Origin: Shimia sp. CNT1-13L.2
Lineage (GTDB): Bacteria; Pseudomonadota; Alphaproteobacteria; Rhodobacterales; Rhodobacteraceae
Assembly (NCBI RefSeq): GCF_024331145.1
Contig: NZ_JANDJO010000005.1
Span: forward strand, 46,709-110,708
Length of the DNA stretch: 64,000 nt
Reading direction: 5' to 3'
Below the pieces are notes generated by a model. That model searched no databases. It saw nothing but the letters and a program-made list of their open reading frames with translations, and was not told the origin of the DNA. Of this stretch, positions 10,444 through 20,261 are shown piece after piece. Position 1 is the stretch's first letter. The number at the start of each line of letters is the position of its first letter. The position numbers and the translations under genes were made by a program.

Positions 10444-11019
10444 TCAGCGGATGCAGATGATTTCAACGCGGCGGTTCTGCGCCATGCCACCGGCGGACCG
10501 GTTCGACGCCCGCGGCATCCGCTCGCCATAGCCACGCACGTCAATCACGCGCGCACCTGTCGAACGGGCGATCTTGGCCACCGCGTTGGCGCGGTTATAG
10601 CTCAGACGCATGTTGTATTCGTCGCTCGCGCGGCTGTCGGTGTGGCCCGCGATGATAAAGGCCGAGGCGGTCGCGTTCTGGAAGAACTGCGCCAGGCGCT
10701 GGCGGTTCGCCGAGTTGATCGAATACCGGTCGGTTGCAAAGAACTGATCCGAGTTCATCACGCCGCAGACATTGCCGCGACGGCACACCGGAATACCCTG
10801 ACGGTTCACGTGGGGCGTCATATAGCCCTCGACACCATCGTCCATCACCCAGTGTTCACATCCATCCGGATCAATCCAGACTGTCGGCACATACTCCTGA
10901 CCAAGAACGGTCCGCGTGTTCTGTGCAGCTGCGGGCTGAGCAAGAGACACCAGCGCCAAACAGATGGCTGCCGCTCCTCCCAGTGTGGCCCGCGCCTTCT
11001 TAATCGTCTTGTTCGCCAC
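10444..11019 (-). CDS. OmpA-family protein (OmpA_C peptidoglycan-binding domain) with novel Cys-containing N-terminal domain
   Basis: 191 aa; signal peptide; C-terminal IIAGHTDSRASDEYNMRLSYNRANAV...NRRVEI is an OmpA_C motif; N-terminal about 60 aa domain shared with the downstream 98-aa protein. Confidence 0.8.
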   Translation of the reverse strand: MANKTIKKARATLGGAAAICLALVSLAQPAAAQNTRTVLGQEYVPTVWIDPDGCEHWVMDDGVEGYMTPHVNRQGIPVCRRGNVCGVMNSDQFFATDRYSINSANRQRLAQFFQNATASAFIIAGHTDSRASDEYNMRLSYNRANAVAKIARSTGARVIDVRGYGERMPRASNRSAGGMAQNRRVEIICIR

Positions 11020-11209
11020 AGCAATATCCTCGCCATACTCTGGTCAACTGCGGCTGGAAAAAGCGCAGTTAGACCCTAATCTTAATGGCCCCTACTGTAG
11101 CAAATTTAGAGAGTCTGTGAAGAACTATTCACAACATCTGGTAGGTTAATGTGGCAACATTGTGTTTCCGCGCCCGCCGAAACAGCGGTTTTCACAGATC
11201 ATTAACCAC

Positions 11210-11242
11210 CGCTTAAACAACAACCGCGCGCAGGCCGCGCGA
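11210..11242 (-). terminator. putative terminator downstream of miaB
   Basis: CGCGCG-CAGGC-CGCGCG GC hairpin followed on reverse strand by GUUGUUGUUUAA. Confidence 0.35.
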
Positions 11243-11259
11243 TTGTTTCCAGCCCGCGA

Positions 11260-12594
11260 TCAATCGCCGATCACTTCGCCCTTGAGCGAGTTGGCACCGC
11301 TTTCCACGATTCTGACGCGCTTGAGATCGCCAACCGCTGCATTCGCATTTGCCACGTGCACCGCATGCAGATAGTCGGACTTGCCCACCATTTGGCCTTC
11401 GAAACGGCCCGCCTTCTCGAACAACACACCCACCTCGCGGCCAACCATGCTGTCCTGAATCTCGCGCTGCTGCTTGGTGATCAGCGCCTGAAGGCGATAC
11501 AGGCGATCCGAAGCCTCGGCATCATCCACCATCACGCTATCCCGTTCCGCCGCCGGCGTGCCGGGACGCGGCGAATACTTGAAGCTGAACGCCTGCCCGT
11601 ATTTCACCTCTTCAATAAGATCCATCGTGTCCTGGAAATCCGCTTCGGTCTCTTCCGGGAAGCCAACGATGAAATCACCCGACAACAGGATATCCGGACG
11701 CGCGGCTCGGATACGTTCGATCAGCTTGATATAGCTCTCCCGGTCATGGCTGCGGTTCATCCGCTTCAAAATCTTGTTCGATCCCGACTGCACCGGCAGG
11801 TGCAGATAAGGCATCAGCTTCTCACAGGTTCCATGCGCCTCGATCAGGTCGTCCATCATGTCGTTGGGATGGCTGGTCGTAAAGCGGATGCGCTCAAGCC
11901 CATCCACCTTGTCCAGCTCCCAGATCAGCTTGGCCAGCGACCACGCGCTGCCACCGGGACCGGCCCCGTGATAAGCATTCACGTTCTGCCCCAAAAGGGT
12001 GATCTCGCGCACGCCCCGCTCTACAAGGTCACGCGCCTCGCCCAGGATCCGCTCAACCGGGCGGCTGACTTCGGCACCGCGGGTATAGGGCACCACGCAG
12101 AAGGCACAGAACTTGTCACAGCCTTCCTGAACCGTCAGGAAGGCGGTTGGCCCGCGCTTGGCCTTGGCACGGCCCTTCAGCTTCTCGAACTTGTCTTCCT
12201 CGGGGAAATCCGTGTCCAGCGCCTTTTCGCCACCCTGCGCCTTGGCTTCCATCTCGGGCAGACGGTGATAGGCCTGCGGACCAACCACGAGGTCAACCAG
12301 CGGCTGGCGCCGCATGATCTCTTCGCCTTCCGCCTGCGCCACACAGCCCGCAACCCCGATTTTCAGGTCCGGCTTCTCGGCCTTCAGGCCCTTGAAACGG
12401 CCCAGTTCCGAATAGACTTTCTCTGCCGCCTTCTCGCGAATGTGGCAGGTGTTCAGCAGGATCATATCCGCGTCTTCCGGGCTTTCGGTGGTCTCGTAAC
12501 CCGCCCCGCCCATGGCCTCGGCCATGCGCTCGCTGTCATAGACGTTCATCTGACAGCCATAAGTCTTGATATAGAGCTTCTTCGTATCGGCCAT
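11260..12594 (-). CDS. miaB: tRNA-i6A37 methylthiotransferase
   Basis: 444 aa; [17 protein letters not shown] (MTTase N-terminal), radical-SAM CxxxCxxC ([11 protein letters not shown]), TRAM C-terminus. Confidence 0.95.
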   Translation of the reverse strand: MADTKKLYIKTYGCQMNVYDSERMAEAMGGAGYETTESPEDADMILLNTCHIREKAAEKVYSELGRFKGLKAEKPDLKIGVAGCVAQAEGEEIMRRQPLVDLVVGPQAYHRLPEMEAKAQGGEKALDTDFPEEDKFEKLKGRAKAKRGPTAFLTVQEGCDKFCAFCVVPYTRGAEVSRPVERILGEARDLVERGVREITLLGQNVNAYHGAGPGGSAWSLAKLIWELDKVDGLERIRFTTSHPNDMMDDLIEAHGTCEKLMPYLHLPVQSGSNKILKRMNRSHDRESYIKLIERIRAARPDILLSGDFIVGFPEETEADFQDTMDLIEEVKYGQAFSFKYSPRPGTPAAERDSVMVDDAEASDRLYRLQALITKQQREIQDSMVGREVGVLFEKAGRFEGQMVGKSDYLHAVHVANANAAVGDLKRVRIVESGANSLKGEVIGD

Positions 12595-12703
12595 GTGCCC
12601 GGTCCCATCGCGGTTTCAGGGCGCTTCCCTACATCAAAAAGGGTATGGCTTGCAATGCACGACGATTTCCCCGAATCTGTCGCCAATAAGAGCAGAGGCA
12701 TTC

Positions 12704-13573
12704 ATGAAATACGGTTCCCTGAAAGAGTTTCTGGACACGGACACCACGACCCTGGCCAAGGGTCCGGTCGCCCTGATCTTCGCCGAAGACCGGATCGAAC
12801 TGGAAACCACGCTGCGTCATCACCTTGAGCTTGGCTTCAAGGCAGTTCTGGTGTTCATGCCCGACGCCTACACCCTGCCCGAAGACATCGCTGGCCGCGT
12901 GATCCGCATCCGTGAAGACCGCCCCACTGGGCAGGTCATGATCGACACCGTGAACACCATCATCGAAGCCGCGCCGGGCATCTGGCTCTACTACTGTTTC
13001 AATGCCGAATACCTGTTCTTCCCGTTCTGCGAATCGCGCAACGTGAGCGAAATGGCCACCTTCCACATGGAGGAACGCCGCTACGCCATGCTCACCTATG
13101 TAATCGACCTCTATGCGAACGACCTCGAGAGCTACCCCGACGCCGTCTCGCTGGATCACGCGATGCTCGACAAATCGGGTTACTACGCCCTCGCCCGCCC
13201 CGACACGGCCAACCACAACCACCCCAAGGAACGGCAACTCGATTTCTTCGGCGGCCTGCGCTGGCGCTACGAGGAACACATCCCCGCCGAACGCCGCAAG
13301 ATCGACAGGATCTCGCTGTTCATGTCCAAGCCCGACCTGCAGCTGCGCCCGGACTTCACCTTCAGTGACGAGGAATACAACACCTACAGCTGCGAATGGC
13401 ACAACAACCTGACCGCCGCCGTCTGTTCCTTCCGCACCGCCAAGGCGCTCAAGACCAACCCGGGCAGCACCTTCGACATCCGCTCCTTCACCTGGCACAA
13501 CTCCGTGCCATTCGAATGGCACTCCCGCCAGCTCCTCGACCTCGGTCTAATGGAACCGGGACAGTGGTTCTGA
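12704..13573 (+). CDS. conserved hypothetical cytoplasmic protein
   Basis: 289 aa from MKYGSLKEF (GAGG RBS). Trp/His-rich C-terminal half (EWHNNL, TWHNSVPFEWHS). No family recognised from sequence alone. Confidence 0.55.
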   Translation: MKYGSLKEFLDTDTTTLAKGPVALIFAEDRIELETTLRHHLELGFKAVLVFMPDAYTLPEDIAGRVIRIREDRPTGQVMIDTVNTIIEAAPGIWLYYCFNAEYLFFPFCESRNVSEMATFHMEERRYAMLTYVIDLYANDLESYPDAVSLDHAMLDKSGYYALARPDTANHNHPKERQLDFFGGLRWRYEEHIPAERRKIDRISLFMSKPDLQLRPDFTFSDEEYNTYSCEWHNNLTAAVCSFRTAKALKTNPGSTFDIRSFTWHNSVPFEWHSRQLLDLGLMEPGQWF

Positions 13574-13590
13574 ATACAGCCTCCTAGCAA

Positions 13591-14232
13591 ATGGGCGAAG
13601 TGATCTACATTTTGGGCTGCATGCTACTCGCTCCGCTATGGTGGTGCCCGGTGATCGTGTCTTTCCTACGCAACAAGGGACGCATCACTCAGAACCCCTA
13701 CGCGTTGTGGTTTCTTCTCGCTCAATGCACGGCTTTCTTGGGCGCGACCACATGGTTTCTCTACACGCCGTTTAGCACCGGCATTCTTCTATTCCCCCCG
13801 AGCACCCTGTTTGTAATCGGTGTTCTCTTCGATACAACAAGAGTCTTTCCGGCTCTGATTTGGACCTTCCTCTTGTCGTTCGGCGCAATCGTGCTTGGCG
13901 CGGCATTCCTGACCAGAAAAGCACTTGGCTGGAAACTCGGCATCTTCTGGCCCCTGATCGCTATCGCGGCCTTTTACTCCGCCCTCTGGGTTGCCGATCA
14001 GACTCTAAATCGACACATAGAAACGAAGGCCGTCGAGTTGCAAGCCGAGAGACTTGTTCGGAAAAACGTTTTCGAAATCCTGTCGGGCTACGGAAAGGAA
14101 TTCGGCCAGCCACCACATGCCATCGCCATGATTGACGGGTGTTATGTGCATTTCAGCTTCCAAAAAAACCGCTTCGAGCCCTTTTACGGCTTACCCAATC
14201 CGCGCGATTGTGTACCTGCAAAACCAGAATAG
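13591..14232 (+). CDS. hypothetical membrane protein (lower GC)
   Basis: 213 aa, about 5 TM helices, GC visibly lower than surroundings; no recognisable motif. Confidence 0.5.
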   Translation: MGEVIYILGCMLLAPLWWCPVIVSFLRNKGRITQNPYALWFLLAQCTAFLGATTWFLYTPFSTGILLFPPSTLFVIGVLFDTTRVFPALIWTFLLSFGAIVLGAAFLTRKALGWKLGIFWPLIAIAAFYSALWVADQTLNRHIETKAVELQAERLVRKNVFEILSGYGKEFGQPPHAIAMIDGCYVHFSFQKNRFEPFYGLPNPRDCVPAKPE

Positions 14233-14233
14233 A

Positions 14234-14318
14234 CCAACGTTCCCCTAAGAACGTTGGTCTCAACAAAACACCCCAAGCCGTTTCCAAACGGCTTGGTAAG
14301 GCCTTTCGAAAGGCCTTA
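14234..14318. terminator. three consecutive perfect hairpins filling convergent intergenic region
   Basis: CCAACGTTC-CCCTAA-GAACGTTGG (14234-14257); CCAAGCCGTTT-CCA-AACGGCTTGG (14274-14297); TAAGGCCTTT-CG-AAAGGCCTTA (14297-14318), between stop codons of convergent genes. Confidence 0.5.
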
Positions 14319-14324
14319 CCCCCT

Positions 14325-15311
14325 TCAGAACCGCACCAACACCGCGCCTGCGCGACCGCCGGCTTCCACCGCCTCATGCGCCTTTGCGGTCTCGTCTGCC
14401 GCAAAGACCGTCTCGACTGGCACCTCCAGGGCACCATCGGCAAGCGCGCCGTTCAGGCGGCCAATCGCCGCCGCACGTTCGGCATCGGGCAGGATGTAGA
14501 TCAGCACGATATCCAGCGTCAGCGCCTTGAACAGCATCGGCCCGAAGGGCAGTTCAGGCGCCATATCCTTGGCCGACCCGTAGATCGCCACCCGCGCGTT
14601 CGGGGCCATCACCTCGGCCAGCATGCCTGCATTGATACCGAACTCCACCTCGACCGCCATGTCGATCAGCGCGCCCCCGTTCGCGGCCAGAACATCCGCC
14701 GCCAGCGTCGCGCTGCGATAGTCGATCACGTGATCCGCCCCAGCCCCGCGCATCCGGTCGAAATCACGCGGCGATCCGGTCGCGATCACCGTCGCACCAC
14801 CCCATTTCGCAAGCTGCAGCGCCAGATACCCAACGGTGCCCGCACCGCCGTTGATCAGCACCGTCTGGCCCGCCACGTCGCCAGCGCCAAACACGCAATG
14901 CGCCGCTGTCAGGCCGGGAATACCCAGAACCGCCCCCACCTCCAGCGAGACACCCTCCGGCAGGGCCACCGCCTGCGCCGCGGGCAGGGCAATATACTCT
15001 GCCGCCGTGCCAAAGGCCCGCTGCCACTGGCCGTTCCAGATCCACACGCGCTCTCCCACGCGGGCGGGATCAACGCCCGCGCCCACCGCTTCGATCACGC
15101 CAGCGCCGTCGCTATGCGGCACGATCTCCGGAAACGCCGGTTTGGTCACACCGGGGCGCGTCCCCGCCCGCGCCTTGCAGTCCGACGGGTTCACCCCCGA
15201 AAACGCCACCCGCACCAGAACCTCGCCCTCCGCGAGGACAGGGGTGGCCATATCTTCCAGGCCAAGGGCCGTCTCTGCCGATCCGAACGCACGGTAAACA
15301 ACTGCTTTCAT
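14325..15311 (-). CDS. NADPH:quinone oxidoreductase / zinc-type medium-chain dehydrogenase family
   Basis: Starts MKAVVYRAF with CAGGAGGAG RBS; MDR fold with GGAGTVG nucleotide motif. Confidence 0.85.
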   Translation of the reverse strand: MKAVVYRAFGSAETALGLEDMATPVLAEGEVLVRVAFSGVNPSDCKARAGTRPGVTKPAFPEIVPHSDGAGVIEAVGAGVDPARVGERVWIWNGQWQRAFGTAAEYIALPAAQAVALPEGVSLEVGAVLGIPGLTAAHCVFGAGDVAGQTVLINGGAGTVGYLALQLAKWGGATVIATGSPRDFDRMRGAGADHVIDYRSATLAADVLAANGGALIDMAVEVEFGINAGMLAEVMAPNARVAIYGSAKDMAPELPFGPMLFKALTLDIVLIYILPDAERAAAIGRLNGALADGALEVPVETVFAADETAKAHEAVEAGGRAGAVLVRF

Positions 15312-15445
15312 GGGAAACTCCTCCTGTTGGGCGCACCCTTGCACGCCCCTTGCGGACTGCCAAGACGGACGCGGCGTTCCGCCTCACCGAGCGCAACAAA
15401 AAAGGGACGCCCAGCGCCCCTTCCCATCGCAAATCCGCGATCACA

Positions 15446-15862
15446 TCACTTGCGACGCAGGCGGATCACCACGTCGACCTTGGAAATCTCGGCCCCCTCC
15501 GGCACGTCAGGCAGGCGCTGAATCTCGAGCTGCTCGGCCGGTGCATCGGTCAGCACGCGATCATCTTCCCAGAAGAAATGCGGGTGGTCATGGGTGTTGG
15601 TATCGAAATAGCTCTTCGATCCATCCACCGTGATCTCCTGCATCAGACCGGCATCACAAAACGCCCGCAGCGTATTGTAAACCGTTGCCAGCGAAACACT
15701 TTCGCCGTGTTCACGCGCATCGGCAAACAGGCTCTCGGCGGTCACATGGCGGTCCATCCCGTCGCCAACAAGCAGCGAAGCCAGGGCAACGCGCTGTCGC
15801 GTGGGGCGCAAACCGGCCTTGGCCAGCCAGTTGGTTCCATTGTCGATCGCTTGCGTGGTCAT
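15446..15862 (-). CDS. irr: Fur-family iron response regulator Irr
   Basis: 138 aa from MTTQAIDNG (AAGGAAAG RBS). Fur-family HTH (PTRQRVALASLL) with HHH-type motif (NTHDHPHFF) typical of alphaproteobacterial Irr; divergent from fabA as in Rhodobacteraceae. Confidence 0.8.
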   Translation of the reverse strand: MTTQAIDNGTNWLAKAGLRPTRQRVALASLLVGDGMDRHVTAESLFADAREHGESVSLATVYNTLRAFCDAGLMQEITVDGSKSYFDTNTHDHPHFFWEDDRVLTDAPAEQLEIQRLPDVPEGAEISKVDVVIRLRRK

Positions 15863-15909
15863 GCGGGCTTTCCTTTGTTCACACGCCAATATAAAGCCTC
15901 GCGCCCCCC

Positions 15910-15925
15910 ATTTTCAATTGAAAAT
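15910..15925. promoter_or_regulatory. perfect 16-bp palindrome ATTTTCAATTGAAAAT in irr/fabA divergent region
   Basis: Read directly; 48 bp upstream of irr ATG, 134 bp upstream of fabA ATG. Confidence 0.35.
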
Positions 15926-16058
15926 CACTCGCAATCCAGCCTGTACCCCGCGCTGCCCGTCATGACACCCTTATGACACGGCCACACTTGCAGGAGCGCC
16001 GCGGGCGGTGTTAGAGGGGACATAACCTGAGAAAACCAGACAAACGAGGGCAGCCAGC

Positions 16059-16568
16059 ATGGCCGACTATCCAACCAGCTTCGACAAAGAAGACCTGCTG
16101 AAATGCGCGCGCGGCGAGCTTTTCGGCCCCGGCAACGCACAGCTTCCGGCGCCTCCGATGCTGATGATGGACCGCATCACCGAGATCTCCGCTGATGGCG
16201 GGGCCCACGGCAAAGGCCACGTTCTGGCCGAGTTCGACATCACCCCCGACCTGTGGTTCTTCGACTGCCACTTCCCCGGCAACCCGATCATGCCCGGCTG
16301 CCTTGGTCTTGACGGCCTGTGGCAGCTGACCGGCTTCAACCTCGGCTGGCGCGGCTGGCTGGGTCGCGGCTATGCGCTGGGTGTGGGCGAAGTCAAACTC
16401 ACCGGCATGGTCCGCCCCGACCGCAAGATGCTGACCTACAAGATCGACTTCACCAAGGCGATCCAGACCCGCCGCCTGACCATGGGCGTCGCCGACGGCA
16501 TCGTCGAAGCCGACGGCGAAGTGATCTACCAGGTCAAGGACATGAAAGTGGCGCTCTCCGAGAGCTGA
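16059..16568 (+). CDS. fabA: 3-hydroxydecanoyl-ACP dehydratase/isomerase
   Basis: 169 aa; [24 protein letters not shown] hot-dog active site (His/Asp) of FabA. Confidence 0.95.
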   Translation: MADYPTSFDKEDLLKCARGELFGPGNAQLPAPPMLMMDRITEISADGGAHGKGHVLAEFDITPDLWFFDCHFPGNPIMPGCLGLDGLWQLTGFNLGWRGWLGRGYALGVGEVKLTGMVRPDRKMLTYKIDFTKAIQTRRLTMGVADGIVEADGEVIYQVKDMKVALSES

Positions 16569-16593
16569 TCCACCCGGTCACAGAGACATCGAG

Positions 16594-16624
16594 AAAGAGG
16601 CCCACGGGCCTCTTTTTTGTTTTC
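16594..16624 (+). terminator. rho-independent terminator after fabA
   Basis: AGAGGCCC-ACG-GGGCCTCT hairpin plus TTTTTTGTTTT. Confidence 0.7.
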
Positions 16625-16727
16625 GCGCTGCAAACGGAACCCGGTCTCGACCGACGCTGAGACATCCCTTGCCCTCTGTATCTTTGCGGCTAAGGTGAGC
16701 CCAAATCGATTTTGGAAAGGCCATTTC

Positions 16728-17273
16728 ATGAATTTCTTGCCGAAGCTGATACTTGGCGTTGCCCTTTCCGCACTTGCCGCCTGCGTCTCCTCGCAACAAG
16801 ACAGCTCCACCCGCAAACCTGTCGAGACTGTCCCGACCGAAACAGCACTCAACCTGTTTACTGATGCCTGCCTCAATACCCTCCCCAATTTTCGCAAATT
16901 CGAGTCACAAGTCGCAAAGCACGGAATGCAACTGGTGCAAGGCGGATTGACGCGAGTTTATTTGCATCCTGAAAATAGAGAACTTTTTGCGACAATTTCG
17001 CGCGAACTGGAACTATGGGCCTGCGGCGTCATCTTCGTTGGGCCGGCTGACAAACACAGTATTTCCCAACAGTTTCTGAACAAGGCTATGAGCAAGACCG
17101 GTGGTACGCCACAATCCAAAATTCCCATCTCGCGCTACGAAGTTGTGCACCACTTGCAAAACGGAAGTTTCTTCTTTCACGAGGTAAAGAGGAAACGAGG
17201 CCAGACGCTACACTTCATTATGATCACACCGCCAGTCCCAAGAGATGGTGCCTTCGCATACGTTTACAAATAA
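16728..17273 (+). CDS. orphan lipoprotein (low GC)
   Basis: 181 aa; lipobox LSALAAC after signal peptide; about 50% GC versus about 63% background; no homolog recognised. Confidence 0.55.
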   Translation: MNFLPKLILGVALSALAACVSSQQDSSTRKPVETVPTETALNLFTDACLNTLPNFRKFESQVAKHGMQLVQGGLTRVYLHPENRELFATISRELELWACGVIFVGPADKHSISQQFLNKAMSKTGGTPQSKIPISRYEVVHHLQNGSFFFHEVKRKRGQTLHFIMITPPVPRDGAFAYVYK

Positions 17274-17337
17274 GCGCCGCCCAAGCCGTCGTGATTGGCC
17301 TCGCAGGGTGGGCGTCCTGACCCACCCAATACTCACC

Positions 17338-17613
17338 TCACCCGCAGCAGCTGCAACTCGGCTTCGCAGCAGGCGCAAGATAGGCGTCCGACACCTGCAA
17401 CTCACCGGTCAGCGTCTCGACCGGCACTTGCAACACATGGGCCAGACGCAGCGCCGCCGCGAGCGGCACATTTCCGCCCTTTGAGCCAACACCTTCCAGC
17501 CGCGCGATCTGCCGTTCGCTCAAACCGGTTTCCTTCGCCACACGGGGGCGGCCCAGCTTGCGTGCCTTGCGCACGGTCTTGAGGGCATTCGCGTCAATCA
17601 TCAAAGCCGTCAT
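17338..17613 (-). CDS. XRE-family helix-turn-helix transcriptional regulator
   Basis: 91 aa from MTALMIDANALK; HTH ETGLSERQIARLE; unusual C-terminal CSCCG. Confidence 0.65.
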   Translation of the reverse strand: MTALMIDANALKTVRKARKLGRPRVAKETGLSERQIARLEGVGSKGGNVPLAAALRLAHVLQVPVETLTGELQVSDAYLAPAAKPSCSCCG

Positions 17614-17746
17614 CGGTACAGTCCTTCCTGTCCGGCATCCGTTCCGCTTGGCCCCGATGCCTCGTTTCGCACCGGGTGCGAAAACCACGTCGCAGGGAAA
17701 ATTGCAAGCCGCGCTCGCTCGCACGCGGGAAACACCCGCCTCCCTC

Positions 17747-18676
17747 TTACCCCCGCCCCTCCCAGAACCTCTGGAAAAACTGGCGGTGCGCGTCCCGTTC
17801 GTGCTCCAGCCATGTCAGGAATGTGGTCAGCGACGGCGTCTCACGCCCGCCTTCAGGCTGAGCGATATAGTAGGCATCCGGTGATGGCAGTCGCGCCTCG
17901 AACGGGCAGACCAGCGTGCCCTGTTCGATATGTTCGCGCGTCGTGACTTCGTCTCCGATGGTGATGCCATGCCCCCGCACCGCCGCCTCGAGACACAGCG
18001 CCGACCGGTTGTAGATCCGGCCCGCGTTGGGGTTGAACGACCGCGCCCCCGCAGCCTCGCGGAAGGCCCGCCACCAATAGGCGCTCTGGTCGTGGATCAG
18101 ATGCTGTTCCCGAATATCAGAGAGCGCCGGAGCCCGGCCGAGGTGATGAAAAAACCCCGGCGCGGCCACGGGAAAAACACTGTTTGTCAGGAAAGGCGCA
18201 AATCGGCACCCGGCCCAGCCGCCACGTCCCCAGATCACCGCGCAATCATACCGTCCCTGGGGCGGCCTGTTCATGCCCACCTGCACCGAGATGGAAATCC
18301 TGATCTCGGGATGCAGCGCCTCGAACCGATGCAGACGCGGGAACAGCCACAGCTCGATGAAATCCGCATCCCCCCACAGCGCGATCTGATCCGGCGCCCC
18401 GGCCTCCTCCTCGCGCAGCCCGGCCCGGATCTGCGCAAAGGCCCCGTCTGCAAGGTCCGCCACCCGCCGCCCGAAGGCCGTGATCTTGATCTTGCGATGC
18501 GACCGGACAAACAGCGGCTGCCCCAGCTCGGCCTCCAGCGCGGCAACCTGCTTGCTGACCGCCGACTGCGTCACGCCAAGGCTCTCCGCCGCTTTGGTAA
18601 AGCTGCGATGGCGGGCCACCTCGGCCAGAACCCGCAGGGCGTTCAGATTGGGCAGGCGGAATTCAGACATGAGCAA
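17747..18676 (-). CDS. LysR-family transcriptional regulator
   Basis: 309 aa; N-terminal LysR HTH (RSFTKAAESLGVTQSAVSKQVAALE) plus substrate-binding domain; divergent from aminotransferase gene. Confidence 0.85.
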   Translation of the reverse strand: MLMSEFRLPNLNALRVLAEVARHRSFTKAAESLGVTQSAVSKQVAALEAELGQPLFVRSHRKIKITAFGRRVADLADGAFAQIRAGLREEEAGAPDQIALWGDADFIELWLFPRLHRFEALHPEIRISISVQVGMNRPPQGRYDCAVIWGRGGWAGCRFAPFLTNSVFPVAAPGFFHHLGRAPALSDIREQHLIHDQSAYWWRAFREAAGARSFNPNAGRIYNRSALCLEAAVRGHGITIGDEVTTREHIEQGTLVCPFEARLPSPDAYYIAQPEGGRETPSLTTFLTWLEHERDAHRQFFQRFWEGRG

Positions 18677-18705
18677 ACCGACTTAAAAGCACAACTATTT
18701 CGAAT

Positions 18706-20067
18706 TTGACTGAATATTTCGACTGCGTAAAGCTCCTCCCAACACTCGACCAACCGGAGCCTCCCGTGACACAGCTTTTCCCCTTCACCGATCCCATCGC
18801 AGCGGAAACCTCTCCCCCCAAGCGGTTCGCCAAAGGCGATGGCATCCGCGTCTTCGATACCGGGGGCAAGGCCTATATTGATGCGGTCTCGGCGCTCTGG
18901 TGCACTTCACTTGGCTTTACGCCGGACCGCCTGCGCTGCGCCCTCGACACGCAGATGCAGGAGCTTGCCTACTACCATTCCTTCATGGGCCGCACCCCCG
19001 AGATCACAGACCGGCTGGCAGCACGCCTTGCCGCGCGACTGCCCGGTGCCCTGAACCACCTTTTCTTCGGCACCTCCGGCTCCGAGGCGGTCGAGACCGC
19101 AGCCAAGTTTGCCCGCTACTATCAGGCCGCCCGCGACAAGCCTGAGAAACGGCGCTTCATCGCCCGCGAGGGGGCCTATCACGGCTCCGGCCAGATGAGC
19201 GCCGCCCTCACCGGTCTCACCTATTGCCACGACGGCTTTGGCTTGCCGCTGACAGACGTGCTGCGCACCGGACGCCCCCACCACCTGCGCGATGCCCACC
19301 CGGGTGAAAGCGAAATCGACTTCTCGAAACGCCGCGCGCGGGAACTCGACGACTTGATCCGTCGCGAAGACCCCGACACCATCGCCGCCTTCATCGGCGA
19401 ACCGGCGATGGGCGCGGGCGGGGTAATCCTGCCGCCCGAGGGCTACTGGCCCGAGATCCAGGAGGTCCTCAGCCGCCACGACATCCTGCTGATCGCCGAC
19501 GAGATCATCTGCGGCTTCGGCCGAACGGGCGAATGGTTCGCCTGCGAAACTTACGGCATCGCGCCCGACATGATGACAATGGCCAAACAGATGACCGCTT
19601 CGGTCTTCCCGATGTCCGCCGTCGCCATGACCGACACGGTGCGCGACACCATCGCGAAACGTGCTGGCGACTATGGCACCTTCGGCCACGGGGTCACCTA
19701 CGGCGGCCACCCGGTCGGCGCGGCCGTCGCGCTGGAATGCCTCGACATCTATGAAGAGATGGACCTGCCGGCTCACGTGAAATCCCTCGAGGCCCGCATC
19801 GCCGCCCACCTTCAGGACATCAAATTCCTCCCCGGCGTTCTCGACACCCGCTGCAACGGCATGCTGGCCGCAGTTGAATTCGAAACCGACGGCCGCTGCG
19901 GCCCCGACCTGGCAAAACGGATCGGACAGGAGGCCGAACACCGCGGTGTCTTCTTCCGCATCATCGGCGACGTCCTCGCCATCGCCCCACCCTACATCTG
20001 CACCAACGACGACATCGACACCATCATGCAGACCATGTCCGACGCAATCCGCGAGGTGACGGGCTAA
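18706..20067 (+). CDS. class-III (omega) aminotransferase, PLP-dependent
   Basis: About 450 aa; LFPFTD N-terminal motif, GTSGSEAVETAAK, DEIICGFGRTGEWFA with PLP-lysine MAKQMT. Start uncertain (TTG 18706 or GTG 18766). Confidence 0.9.
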   Translation: MTEYFDCVKLLPTLDQPEPPVTQLFPFTDPIAAETSPPKRFAKGDGIRVFDTGGKAYIDAVSALWCTSLGFTPDRLRCALDTQMQELAYYHSFMGRTPEITDRLAARLAARLPGALNHLFFGTSGSEAVETAAKFARYYQAARDKPEKRRFIAREGAYHGSGQMSAALTGLTYCHDGFGLPLTDVLRTGRPHHLRDAHPGESEIDFSKRRARELDDLIRREDPDTIAAFIGEPAMGAGGVILPPEGYWPEIQEVLSRHDILLIADEIICGFGRTGEWFACETYGIAPDMMTMAKQMTASVFPMSAVAMTDTVRDTIAKRAGDYGTFGHGVTYGGHPVGAAVALECLDIYEEMDLPAHVKSLEARIAAHLQDIKFLPGVLDTRCNGMLAAVEFETDGRCGPDLAKRIGQEAEHRGVFFRIIGDVLAIAPPYICTNDDIDTIMQTMSDAIREVTG

Positions 20068-20261
20068 TATCTGGTCAGAGTCTAGGCTACTAGGTCGGGC
20101 TCAACGTAGGAGACTAAGAGAAAGGAAGTGCACCACCACATCTTTCCATTGAAAAAACTGCGGAACTGCGGGCGATCCTAGCGAAGCGCGGCTACTTTCG
20201 CCAACTTTCCAAATAAGAAATCTGACAGACCCAAATCCCTACTAAGTTTTGGACACAAATC

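Noticed and set aside
7258-11079. 1273-aa ORF, the longest in the six-frame track
   Set aside because: It is antisense to five well-supported conserved genes (corC, ybeY, phoH, the small paralog and the OmpA-like gene). Its translation is low-complexity and Arg/Pro/Ala/His-rich, typical of a stop-codon-depleted shadow frame in a 63% GC genome.
16617-16727. Longer 218-aa form of the lipoprotein ORF starting at 16617
   Set aside because: The extension runs through the fabA terminator hairpin. The internal Met at 16728 gives a canonical signal peptide plus lipobox.
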